The translations under genes were made by a program, and so were the position numbers. 64,000 nt of DNA from Candidatus Fervidifonticultor secundus (GTDB lineage Bacteria; Sysuimicrobiota; Sysuimicrobiia; Sysuimicrobiales; Humicultoraceae), in assembly GCA_031459385.1 (NCBI GenBank), contig JAVKIP010000004.1, forward strand, positions 1-64,000, in the 5' to 3' direction. Under the pieces are notes generated by a model that was given only the letters and a program-made list of their open reading frames with translations, made no database searches and was not told the DNA's origin. Shown one piece after another: positions 27,531 through 35,913 of this stretch. Every line of letters starts with the position of its first letter. Position 1 is the stretch's first letter.

Positions 27531-29038
27531 GAAGAGCGCTAATGGTGCTGGCAATCGCCACCACGGCGATCGTCGGGCCGGTTGGGGTGGCGCGCTCCGC
27601 GCCCGATGCGCCGGGCAGCACGCCGACGCCCGCCCCGCCGAAGAACGCCGTGGTCGTCAGTGAGTTCGCGCCGTGGTTCTTCCCACAGACGCTCCGCGTG
27701 GAGCCCGGCGACGAGGTCGTCTGGTCCTTCTCCGATGCCCGCACGCTGCACACCATCACCTTCCTCACCGGCTTCGACGAACCGGCCAAGACCATCACCA
27801 TCGTCGGCCGCAAGGGCACGGCGCGCCAGCAGTTTACGAACCCGGGGGTCTACGTCTACGTGTGCGCGATCCACCCTTACATGGACGGACAGATCGCGGT
27901 CGGCGCGACCCCCCTGCCCCAGTTCATCAAGGCGTGGCCGCCGACCAGCCCCACAGGTTTAGTTCCTCCGCGCGTGCGGGGCCGCGGGGAGGTGTGGGTA
28001 GACACGCAGTTCCAGACTCGGCCCAACAGAGAGGCGCCTGGAACCATCACGATCGTGGACGCCTCCACGATGAAGGTCAAGACGGTCATCGACGGTGACT
28101 TCAACAACCCCCACAACGCCATGGTCTCCTGGGACGAGCGGTACGTCGTCCAGACCAACTGGCATCAGAACTATGTGACCATCGTCGACGCCGCGACCCG
28201 ACGGATCGTGAAGAACCGCATCCCGGTCGGCGAGTCGCCCGCGCACACCCACACCACGCCCAGGGGCAAGATCGTGGTGACCATCAACGCCGCGAACAGG
28301 ATCGCCGTGCTCGATCTCGTCAAGGCGGTGGACCCCGCGGTGCCGGCGGCCCAGGTGCCGGTGCGCTACATCGAGGTGCCGCTCGGGCCGCACGGTGGCT
28401 GGATCTCGCCGGACGGCAAGATCATGGTCGTGGCGAACGCGCTGTCGGGGCAGATGTCGATCATCGACCTCGACGCGGAGAAGGTCCTGACCACGGTGGA
28501 CCTGTCGAAGATGACCGACCTCGACGGGAAGGCGTTCGGCGCCAACCTGCCGTTGTACGCGGCGATCTCGCCCAACAAGCGCTACGCGGTGACCACCACG
28601 GTCCTGTTGACCCACGACAAGCTTCTTCAGGGCCGCGTGGTCTTCCAGGACCTGCGCGATCCAGCGAACCCGAAGGTGGCCAAGATCGTGCGGGTCGGGG
28701 CCGTGCCCATCCAGTCCCCGTTCAGTCCCGACGGCCGCTACGTCGTCGTGGCCAACACCGGAACCGCGAACGCCAGCGTGATCGCGGTCAACTATGACGA
28801 CCCCGCCAGAATCCGGGTCGTCAGCGAGGTCGCCGCCTACAAGGGCGCCCACGGCGTGGCCTACGGTTTCAAGCAGGGTGGCGGGTTCCTGGCTTACGTG
28901 ACCAACAAGTACGCGCCGGTACTCACGGTGGTCGACCTGTCCACCTCTCCGCCCCGGAAGGCGGGGGACGTCCACCTCGGGCCCGACGCGTGGGGCGGCA
29001 ACGGGGTCCTGGTCATCAAGCCAAGGCCGGCGCACTGA
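27518..29038 (+). CDS. Exported cupredoxin + YncE/YVTN-like beta-propeller protein
   Basis: Signal peptide; type-1 Cu motif 'HTI...YVCAIHPYM'; propeller repeats 'SPDG', 'NPHN', 'GPHG', 'GAHG'. Confidence 0.78.
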   Translation: MPTIRRALMVLAIATTAIVGPVGVARSAPDAPGSTPTPAPPKNAVVVSEFAPWFFPQTLRVEPGDEVVWSFSDARTLHTITFLTGFDEPAKTITIVGRKGTARQQFTNPGVYVYVCAIHPYMDGQIAVGATPLPQFIKAWPPTSPTGLVPPRVRGRGEVWVDTQFQTRPNREAPGTITIVDASTMKVKTVIDGDFNNPHNAMVSWDERYVVQTNWHQNYVTIVDAATRRIVKNRIPVGESPAHTHTTPRGKIVVTINAANRIAVLDLVKAVDPAVPAAQVPVRYIEVPLGPHGGWISPDGKIMVVANALSGQMSIIDLDAEKVLTTVDLSKMTDLDGKAFGANLPLYAAISPNKRYAVTTTVLLTHDKLLQGRVVFQDLRDPANPKVAKIVRVGAVPIQSPFSPDGRYVVVANTGTANASVIAVNYDDPARIRVVSEVAAYKGAHGVAYGFKQGGGFLAYVTNKYAPVLTVVDLSTSPPRKAGDVHLGPDAWGGNGVLVIKPRPAH

Positions 29039-29066
29039 GGCTTCGGCCATGCGGGAGGGATCGTGC

Positions 29067-29450
29067 ATGAAGCTCGTACGCCTGACGGGAGCGATGCTGG
29101 CGGTGGCGGGATTGACCACGGTGTACATGGCCCGGGCGGCCTCGGCGCCGCCGCCCGCTGGACCTTCCCTGTCGCTGGTCGTCGTGGCCCGGGAGTTCGT
29201 CTACGAGCCCAGGGACCTCGTCGCGAAGGCAGGTGAAGTCACTTTTACGGTGCGGAACACAGGGGCCATCGAGCACGACTTCGTCATCGAGAGCGTGGCC
29301 AAGAAGGTTGTCGCTGAAGCCCGACCATTCCCGCCGGGCAAGACCGTTCAGGTGAAGGCCCGGCTCACGCCGGGCGCCTATGTGGTGTACTGCGGCATCC
29401 CCGGGCACCGCGAAGCCGGGATGCAGGCGACGCTGCGCGTGGTCCCCTGA
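29067..29450 (+). CDS. Exported small cupredoxin (blue copper protein)
   Basis: 'N.GAIEHDF', 'YCGIPGHREAGM'. Confidence 0.88.
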   Translation: MKLVRLTGAMLAVAGLTTVYMARAASAPPPAGPSLSLVVVAREFVYEPRDLVAKAGEVTFTVRNTGAIEHDFVIESVAKKVVAEARPFPPGKTVQVKARLTPGAYVVYCGIPGHREAGMQATLRVVP

Positions 29451-29451
29451 G

Positions 29452-30042
29452 ATGCGCGGGGTTTGGGCCGGCGCGCTCGTGGGCCTGACGTTGCTGGGTG
29501 GGGCCTGCCTGCGCGCGGCCCCACCCGTGTTCCACGGCCTCCCCGTCGGCGAGCCCCTCCCGACCGCGATCACCCTGCTCGACCACCGCCATCGTCCGTT
29601 TCCCCTGGACACGCTGAAGGGGACCGTGACGTTCCTCACGTTCGGCTACACGCTCTGCCCGGACGTCTGTCCAACGACCCTTGTCACCCTCCGACAGGCA
29701 CGGGCGCTGCTCGGTGCGGAGGCCGCGAACGTGCGGGCGCTCTTCGTGACGACCGATCCGGACCGTGACACACCCGAGCGACTGCAGTGGTACGTGTCGC
29801 TCTTCCACCCGGAGTTCATCGGCCTCACGGGCGCGTCGCCATCCCTGGCCCGCCTCTACCGGGCGTTCAACGTCTACCCGGCTCCCTACGTGGCGGCCGG
29901 ATCGGGGCAGGGCGTTCGCATCGGCCACGGGACGGCGATCTACCTCCTCGACCGACGCGCGACCGTCCGCTTTTCGTATCCATGGGGTGTCCTCGCCGCG
30001 GACCTGGCGGCGGACGCGCGGGCGCTGCTGGCAGAACGCTGA
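29452..30042 (+). CDS. SCO1/SenC family copper chaperone (probable lipoprotein)
   Basis: 'FGYTLCPDVCP', 'DPDRDTPE', conserved His in 'IGHG'; 'LLGGAC' lipobox-like. Confidence 0.9.
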   Translation: MRGVWAGALVGLTLLGGACLRAAPPVFHGLPVGEPLPTAITLLDHRHRPFPLDTLKGTVTFLTFGYTLCPDVCPTTLVTLRQARALLGAEAANVRALFVTTDPDRDTPERLQWYVSLFHPEFIGLTGASPSLARLYRAFNVYPAPYVAAGSGQGVRIGHGTAIYLLDRRATVRFSYPWGVLAADLAADARALLAER

Positions 30043-30243
30043 GCGTGGGAACCGAGCAGCACACTGGCAGCGCCGCAAAGCGAGGGTCTCTCGACATCCA
30101 GTTGGTGTACCCGAACTGTAGCCAATAGAGCGAGAGTAGGCGGTCTTCGGCGGACGTGCGCGGAATCCCGAAATGCGCGAAACGCCGCATCAGTAGCGGT
30201 TTCTGGACGTTCGCGAATGTAGGCGGAAGATCACAGAAAGGAA

Positions 30244-30287
30244 TCCGGAGCCGTAGGGCGGGGGTTCAAGTCCCTCCTGGCGCGCCA
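30244..30287 (+). mobile_element. 3' half of tRNA-Arg(CCG), probable att site scar
   Basis: T-CCG-GA loop, GCCGT stem strand, AGGGC variable loop, GGGGG-TTCAAGT-CCCTC T-arm, CTGGCGC-G-CCA; no matching 5' half upstream. Confidence 0.8.
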
Positions 30288-30311
30288 GAAACCCCGCATC
30301 TTGGGAGGGCC

Positions 30312-30352
30312 CCGCACCCCCTTGGGTGAAGCCCGCGAAGCCCGGGGGTGCG
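30312..30352. terminator. Stem-loop between the att scar and the convergent pepA
   Basis: CGCACCCCC...GGGGGTGCG inverted repeat. Confidence 0.45.
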
Positions 30353-30382
30353 AGTTTCAGCTCCTGAGATGTCACACACGGG

Positions 30383-31867
30383 CTACCCTCGCGCGGTCAG
30401 GTACTCCAGCAGGGTGCGGACGCCGAAGCCCGAGGCCCCCTTGGGCTGGATCGCCGTGGTGCCTTCCCGGTCCAGGAAGGCGACGGGCGCGATGTCGAGA
30501 TGGGCCCAGGGCACGGTGCCCGCGAACTCCCGGATGAACACCGCCCCCTTCTGCGCGCCGCCCAGGCGGCCCGCCGAGTTCTTGATGTCGGCCACGTCGC
30601 CTTTGATGGCCTCGCGGTACTCGTCGTAGAGCGGGAAGGGCACCAGGCGCTCGCCCGCGCGCGCGGCGGCAGCCACCAGGCGGTCGGCCAGGGCCTGGTC
30701 GCTGGCCATGAGCGCCGCCGCGTACGGGCCGAGCGCGATCGACGCCGAGCCGGTCAGCGTGGCCAGGTCGATGATCTCGTCCGGGGTGGTCGTGGCCAGG
30801 TGGGCCACGGCGTCGGCCAGGACCAGCCGGCCCTCGGCGTCGGTGTTGGCGATCTCCACGGTGGTGCCGGTGAGACCGCGCAGGACGTCGCCTGGCCGGT
30901 ACGCGCGGCTGCCCACTACGTTCTCCACGGCGCCGATGCCTGCGATGACCCGTACCGGCGCCTGCAGCAGGGGCAGCGCCTGCATCGTCGCCAGTACGGC
31001 GGCAGCGCCGGCCATGTCGGACTTCATCGTCGCCATGCCCTCGGCGGTCTTCAGGTTCACGCCGCCGGTGTCGAAGGTCACGCCCTTGCCGGCCAGGGCC
31101 ACAGTGCGGCGGGGCTTGGGCGGCGCGTACTCGATCTGGATGAAGCGCGGCGTGTGGGCGCTGGCGCCGCCGACGGCCAGCATGAGCTCCATGTTGTGCT
31201 TCTTGAGATCCTGCGGTCCCCACACCTGCAGCTTGAGCTTCGTGCCCTTGGCGATGCGCCGGGCCTCCGCAGCCAAGGCGTCGGGTGTCAGGACGTTGGG
31301 CGGCTCGTTGACCAGGTCGCGGGCGTAGTTCACGGCTTCGGCGACGATCTGGCCGCGCCGCCGGCCGGCCTCCACCGCCGTGGCCTCCGCGCGATTGGCG
31401 GCCAGCAGGTCGACGTGGACGTCTGCGGGGCGCTCCTTCTGGTACTTGCTGAAGCGGTAGGTGGCCAGCAGCGCCCCTTCTGTCCGCAGCGCGGCGATCG
31501 TCGCGGGCTCCCAGTCCTTGTACTGTATGGGCGGGTACGCCAGCCGGGCCAGGCGTCGCTCCTGCACCGCCCGGGCGACGGCTCCGGCAGCCAGACGGAG
31601 CCGCTCCTGGCTGAAGGCGTTGCGGTCCCCCAGGCCGACGACCGCGATGCGCGCGGCCGGCAGCCGGCCGTGCGTGTGGACGATCAGCACCTTCCCCAGG
31701 TCACCGGTGAACCGCTCCTCGGAGAGGATGCGGACGAGGTGGCCACCCAGGGCCTGGTCCAGCTTGGCGGCCAGTCCTTCCAGCCGGCCAGGGGCAGCGA
31801 ACACCCCGACCGCCAGCGCATCGCACCGGTGCGTCAGCGGATCGGCCACGAGCACGCGCACTGCCAC
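30383..31867 (-). CDS. pepA: Leucyl aminopeptidase (M17)
   Basis: 'GKGVTFDTGG', 'MKSDMAGAA', 'NTDAEGRL', 'DLATLTG', 'WAHLDIA'. Confidence 0.95.
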   Translation of the reverse strand: MAVRVLVADPLTHRCDALAVGVFAAPGRLEGLAAKLDQALGGHLVRILSEERFTGDLGKVLIVHTHGRLPAARIAVVGLGDRNAFSQERLRLAAGAVARAVQERRLARLAYPPIQYKDWEPATIAALRTEGALLATYRFSKYQKERPADVHVDLLAANRAEATAVEAGRRRGQIVAEAVNYARDLVNEPPNVLTPDALAAEARRIAKGTKLKLQVWGPQDLKKHNMELMLAVGGASAHTPRFIQIEYAPPKPRRTVALAGKGVTFDTGGVNLKTAEGMATMKSDMAGAAAVLATMQALPLLQAPVRVIAGIGAVENVVGSRAYRPGDVLRGLTGTTVEIANTDAEGRLVLADAVAHLATTTPDEIIDLATLTGSASIALGPYAAALMASDQALADRLVAAAARAGERLVPFPLYDEYREAIKGDVADIKNSAGRLGGAQKGAVFIREFAGTVPWAHLDIAPVAFLDREGTTAIQPKGASGFGVRTLLEYLTARG

Positions 31868-31916
31868 GGCATCGTCCCTCCGGTTGGTCCCCCGCGGCCG
31901 CGCGGGCGGGGAACGG

Positions 31917-32897
31917 TTACCGGCGCGCCCGGCTGGCCTCGCGCGAGGTGGGAATCTCCTGCCCCGCGCCGGCCGCCACCGCGCGCCGGTACAGCAGCTC
32001 CAGGGCCACCACGTCCTCCATGGCGATGCCCTGAGACTCGAAGAGCGTGATCTGGTCCGGCCGCGCGCGCCCCGGCGCGCGACCGGCCACGATGGCACCC
32101 AGCTCGACGACGCGCGACCACACGGGATCGCCCGCCCGCTCCGCGGCCAGGAGGTCGCCGCACTCTACCCGCGCCTGGTCCAGCGCGTCGACGGCGATGA
32201 GCTGGCTGCGCCGCACCGCCTCCGCGTCGAGCTCGGCGCGCGTCGCCGCGTTGGCACCGGCCGCGTTGATGTGGACGCCGGGGGACAGCCACGCGCCCCC
32301 GAGCACCGGATCGCGCGCCGAGGTGATCGTGACGATGACGTCCACGCCGGCGACGGCCTCCTGCGCGCTCTCGACCGCGACCGCCTCGACGCCGAGGGCG
32401 GCCACGATCTCCTCGGCGAACGCGTGACGGCGCTCGGGCGTGCGGCTGTACACCTTGACCAGCGCGACGGGCCGTACCCGCGCCACGGCCTGCACCTGGC
32501 TGCGGGCCTGCCACCCGCTCCCGATCACGCCCAGCGCCCCAGCGTCCGGGCGCGCCAGGAACTTCGTGGCCACACCGCTCGCCGCGCCCGTCCGCAGCTG
32601 CCCGAGCCGGTCGGCTTCCGTCATCAGCAGCAACTCGCCGTCGTCCAGGCGGTAGAGCAGCGCGACGAAGCGCGCGCCGCGCGGGGTCGTGGCATAGGCC
32701 TTCACGCCCGCGACACCCAGCGGCGGCACCGCAGCGTGCATGACGTGGAGCACGCCCTGCGGTGTGATCGCCCGCGTGCGCGGCTGGTTCACCGCCGCGC
32801 CTTCCCCCAGCCACCGGAAGCCCTGCTCGACCGCAGCGATCACGTCGTCTATCGCCAGCAGCCGCTCGACGTCGGCTTCCTGCAACCACCGCGCCAT
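31917..32897 (-). CDS. Ornithine cyclodeaminase/mu-crystallin family protein
   Basis: 'RTGAAS', 'IGSGWQA', 'HINAAG', 'ITLFESQGIAMED'. Confidence 0.9.
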   Translation of the reverse strand: MARWLQEADVERLLAIDDVIAAVEQGFRWLGEGAAVNQPRTRAITPQGVLHVMHAAVPPLGVAGVKAYATTPRGARFVALLYRLDDGELLLMTEADRLGQLRTGAASGVATKFLARPDAGALGVIGSGWQARSQVQAVARVRPVALVKVYSRTPERRHAFAEEIVAALGVEAVAVESAQEAVAGVDVIVTITSARDPVLGGAWLSPGVHINAAGANAATRAELDAEAVRRSQLIAVDALDQARVECGDLLAAERAGDPVWSRVVELGAIVAGRAPGRARPDQITLFESQGIAMEDVVALELLYRRAVAAGAGQEIPTSREASRARR

Positions 32898-33097
32898 GCG
32901 ATTCCCACGCCCCGCGCCGCCGATGTCGTCGCGCGAATGCCCTTCGTAGTGCTCGCCCCGGGTCCTCCGGCCGGGCCGGCGCGGTTCAATGTTCCCCAAC
33001 CTCTTGAGGGCTTCCTGTCAGGCCTGGCCGGCGGGGAACCGCACGGCTGGTCTCGAACCCCCGCCTGGGACCCCTCAATGGCGAAGGGGGAGTGCAC

Positions 33098-34282
33098 ATG
33101 ATCGAACGTCTGTTTGCGGAAATCGATGCCGCCCGAGACGCCTTGGTGGCGCTCCGGCGCGACCTGCACGCCCACCCGGAACTGGGCTTCCAGGAGGTCC
33201 GCACCAGCGGGATCGTGGCGGAACGGCTGCGCGCCGCGGGGCTGGCCGTGCGGACCGGGCTGGCCACCACCGGCGTGGCCGGGGTGCTCCGGGGCGCACG
33301 GCCCGGGCCCAGCGTCCTCGTCAGGGCCGATATCGACGCCCTCCCCATCGAGGAGGCCAACACCGTCCCCTACCGGAGCCAGCGGGCCGGGGTGATGCAC
33401 GCCTGAGGGCACGACGGGCACACCGCGGTCGCGGTGGTGGTCGCGGAACTCCTGGCCCGGCAGCGGGACCGGCTGCCGGGGGCGCTCGTCTTCGCCTTCC
33501 AGCCCGCCGAAGAGATCGTCGCCGGCGCCAGGCCCATGATCGAGGCTGGCGTGATGGACGACCCGAAGGTGGATGCCGTCGTCGGGCTGCACCTGTGGAA
33601 CGACCTGCCGGCAGGGGTCGTCGGCGTCCGCGCCGGTGCGGTCTTCGCCGCGGCCGACGAACTCGAGGTCGTGGTGGAAGGGCGTGGCGGCCACGGCGGC
33701 ATCCCGCATCAGGCCGCCGATCCGATTCTGGCCGCCGCGCACATCGTGACCGCGCTGCAGGCCATCGTCAGTCGGGAGACGCCGCCGCTGGACGCCGCGG
33801 TGGTTTCATTTGGGACGATCCAGGCGGGCACGGCCTTCAACATCATTCCCGACCGTGTGGAGCTGCGCGGCACGGTGCGGACCTTCGCGCCCGAGGTCCG
33901 CGAGCGGACGTTGCGGCGGATTCAGGAGATCGCCACCGGCGTGGCGGGAGCCCTGCGCGGGCGGGCCGAGGTCATCACGCGGCCGGGCTGTCCGGTCGTG
34001 CGCAACGACCCCGGGGTGACCGACGTCGTGCGCCGCGTGGCGGAGGAGGTCGTGGGCGCGGACCGCGTCGAGGAGATGCAGCCCACCACCGGGAGCGACG
34101 ACATGGCGTACTTCCTGGAGCGCGCGCCCGGCTGCTACTTCGTGGTCGGCTCCCACAACCGCGACCGCGGGCTGGACGGCCGACACCACACCGACCGGTT
34201 CGACTTCGACGAAGACGCGCTGACGGTGGCCGCCAAGGTACTAGGCGGCGCGGCCGTGCGGCTGCTGGAGGGCGCCGGCTAG
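33098..34282 (+). CDS. M20D amidohydrolase, probable selenoprotein (in-frame TGA at the conserved Cys)
   Basis: 'RRDLHAHPELGFQE', 'RADIDALP', 'MHA(TGA)GHDGH', 'FQPAEE', 'GGHG', 'GSDDM', 'HH..RFDFDE'; both ORF-track halves are in the same frame. Confidence 0.85.
33407..33445 (+). promoter_or_regulatory. Candidate bacterial SECIS element
   Basis: CACCGC-GGTC-GCGGTG hairpin (33421-33436), GG-starting loop 20 nt after the UGA, lower CGAC/GTCG pairing. Confidence 0.6.
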
Positions 34283-35142
34283 GCGGGCGGTCGCAGCACC
34301 TCGCCCACGAACGCGTCCAGGGCCGCCGTCGCCGGCGGCGGCGCGGCGACGAACACCCGCCACGCCCCGCGCACCCGGTCCACCGTCTCCGGCGCCAGGA
34401 GCGCTGGGAGCGGTGGCTCGGTCCAGGGAAGCGCGTCGACCTGGAGGGCGGCCTCGTCACAGTAGTCCAGGGTCGCGTCGAGGAAGTCGCGCAGGGAACG
34501 CCCGGCCAGCTCGGGTACGGGCGGAGGCCGGTCCCACCGGTCGGCGAACGCGGCAGTCAGGAGCTGGATCAGCGCCGCCAGAGTGCCCAGGGCCCGCGCG
34601 CCGTCCCAGCGCGCCTGAATGCTCTGCGCGGTCGGCCCGCTCGCCAGCGCGCTCACGTGCATCGCCTCGGCGGCGGCCGCCGCCAGCGCCAGCCTAATGG
34701 CCCCGCCCAGGCGGTCACCCGCGTCCGTCCGGCCCACCAGGTGGCGCAGGATCGCGGCGGCGGCATCGTGCGCCTTCCGCGCGTGTGCCGGCGTGGTGAT
34801 GCGCGGCATCGTCACCCGGCGGGCGAACAGGTCGCCGACCAGCACCGGCAGCCACTCCGGGTGGTCGTAGCGCGACGGGTGGCTGGCAAGGCGTCGCCGC
34901 AGGGCAGCCAGGGCGCGGGCGCCCAGCGACCCCGAGGCGTCCAGGGCGATCCGCAGGGGGAGGAACACCAGCGCGCCCCACACGATCAGCGCGAAGATCC
35001 AGCGGTCCAGTCCCCACCCGGCCAGCTGCATCGCGCCGAGGGTCAGGAAGAACCCGACAACACACCCCCCCAGCAGCCAGCGCGCCACGAGCGCACGCCT
35101 GCGCCCCTCGGCGAGCCGCGCAAGCCACAGGTGCATCGCCAT
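34279..35142 (-). CDS. Hypothetical membrane protein (two N-terminal TM helices)
   Basis: GAAGGA RBS, two hydrophobic segments, fills the gap between neighbouring genes. Confidence 0.6.
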   Translation of the reverse strand: MAMHLWLARLAEGRRRALVARWLLGGCVVGFFLTLGAMQLAGWGLDRWIFALIVWGALVFLPLRIALDASGSLGARALAALRRRLASHPSRYDHPEWLPVLVGDLFARRVTMPRITTPAHARKAHDAAAAILRHLVGRTDAGDRLGGAIRLALAAAAAEAMHVSALASGPTAQSIQARWDGARALGTLAALIQLLTAAFADRWDRPPPVPELAGRSLRDFLDATLDYCDEAALQVDALPWTEPPLPALLAPETVDRVRGAWRVFVAAPPPATAALDAFVGEVLRPPA

Positions 35143-35305
35143 CGTCCTTCCAGTTTCGCGCCAGGTGCTCACAACCCTTGCCGGCCGGCGGTGGTAGGGG
35201 CCGGCCGCGCCCCGCCACCCGGGCGCGCGGCCCGCAAGCGGGAACGCGGCGGGCGCAGGGGTCGTTCATCTCGTAGCACGGCGTCCTGGGGGCGGGGAGG
35301 CGGCC

Positions 35306-35875
35306 ATGGTGCGCGGGGTCGTCTGGGCGGCGGTGCTCGTGACGCAGGCGGTCACGCTCCTGCCGGTCGGCGTCTTCCAGATCGAGCCCGGCGCCAGCCG
35401 TGTGGAGTTCGTCATGCGCGACAACCGCGGCGGGTTTACCGGCAGCACTGACCGCGTCGAAGGCGTCGTGCACGTGCGCCAGGCCAACGGCGATGCGTTC
35501 GCTGCCACCGTGGAGGCCCGCGTGGACGCCCGGGCCCTGTCCACCGGGATCGGCCTGCGCGACGCGCAGATGCGCCGCGACTTCCTGCAGACCGACCGGT
35601 ATCCCCACATCGTGTTCCGCGGCGCCGTCACCACCCGCGACCGCCCCACAGCCCTCCGCATCGCGGCGGTGGCGCGCGGGACGCTGACGGTCCGCGACGT
35701 CACCCGCGACGTCGAGATTCCGCTGGAGGTCACCGCGCTCACCGACGAGTACCTGGCCGCCGGGGAGACCACGATCCGGCTGTCGGCCTTCGGGATTCCC
35801 ATCCCCCGCTTCCTGATCTTCGCGGCCGAGGATCCGGTGACAGTGCGGCTGCGGGTGCGCGTGCGGCGCGGGTAG
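35306..35875 (+). CDS. YceI family protein
   Basis: 'S.VEF', 'LSTGIGLRDAQM', 'YPHIVF', 'GTLTVRDVTR'. Confidence 0.85.
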   Translation: MVRGVVWAAVLVTQAVTLLPVGVFQIEPGASRVEFVMRDNRGGFTGSTDRVEGVVHVRQANGDAFAATVEARVDARALSTGIGLRDAQMRRDFLQTDRYPHIVFRGAVTTRDRPTALRIAAVARGTLTVRDVTRDVEIPLEVTALTDEYLAAGETTIRLSAFGIPIPRFLIFAAEDPVTVRLRVRVRRG

Positions 35876-35913
35876 CGCGCCGGCTCCAGGAGAGGCGTCC
35901 CGCGCGTCGAATT

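Noticed and set aside
27518..29038. Nitrous oxide reductase NosZ or nitrite reductase NirS/NirK
   Set aside because: Mononuclear type-1 motif at the N-terminus rather than C-terminal CuA; no CxxCH; no nos/nir accessory genes
30200..30287. Intact or intron-split tRNA-Arg gene
   Set aside because: No GCGCCAG acceptor strand, D-arm or ACGGC stem strand upstream; only the 3' half exists
33092..33406. Two separate amidohydrolase genes or a plain pseudogene
   Set aside because: The stop falls exactly on the conserved Cys, there are no other lesions, and a SECIS-like hairpin follows; kept only as the alternative hypothesis
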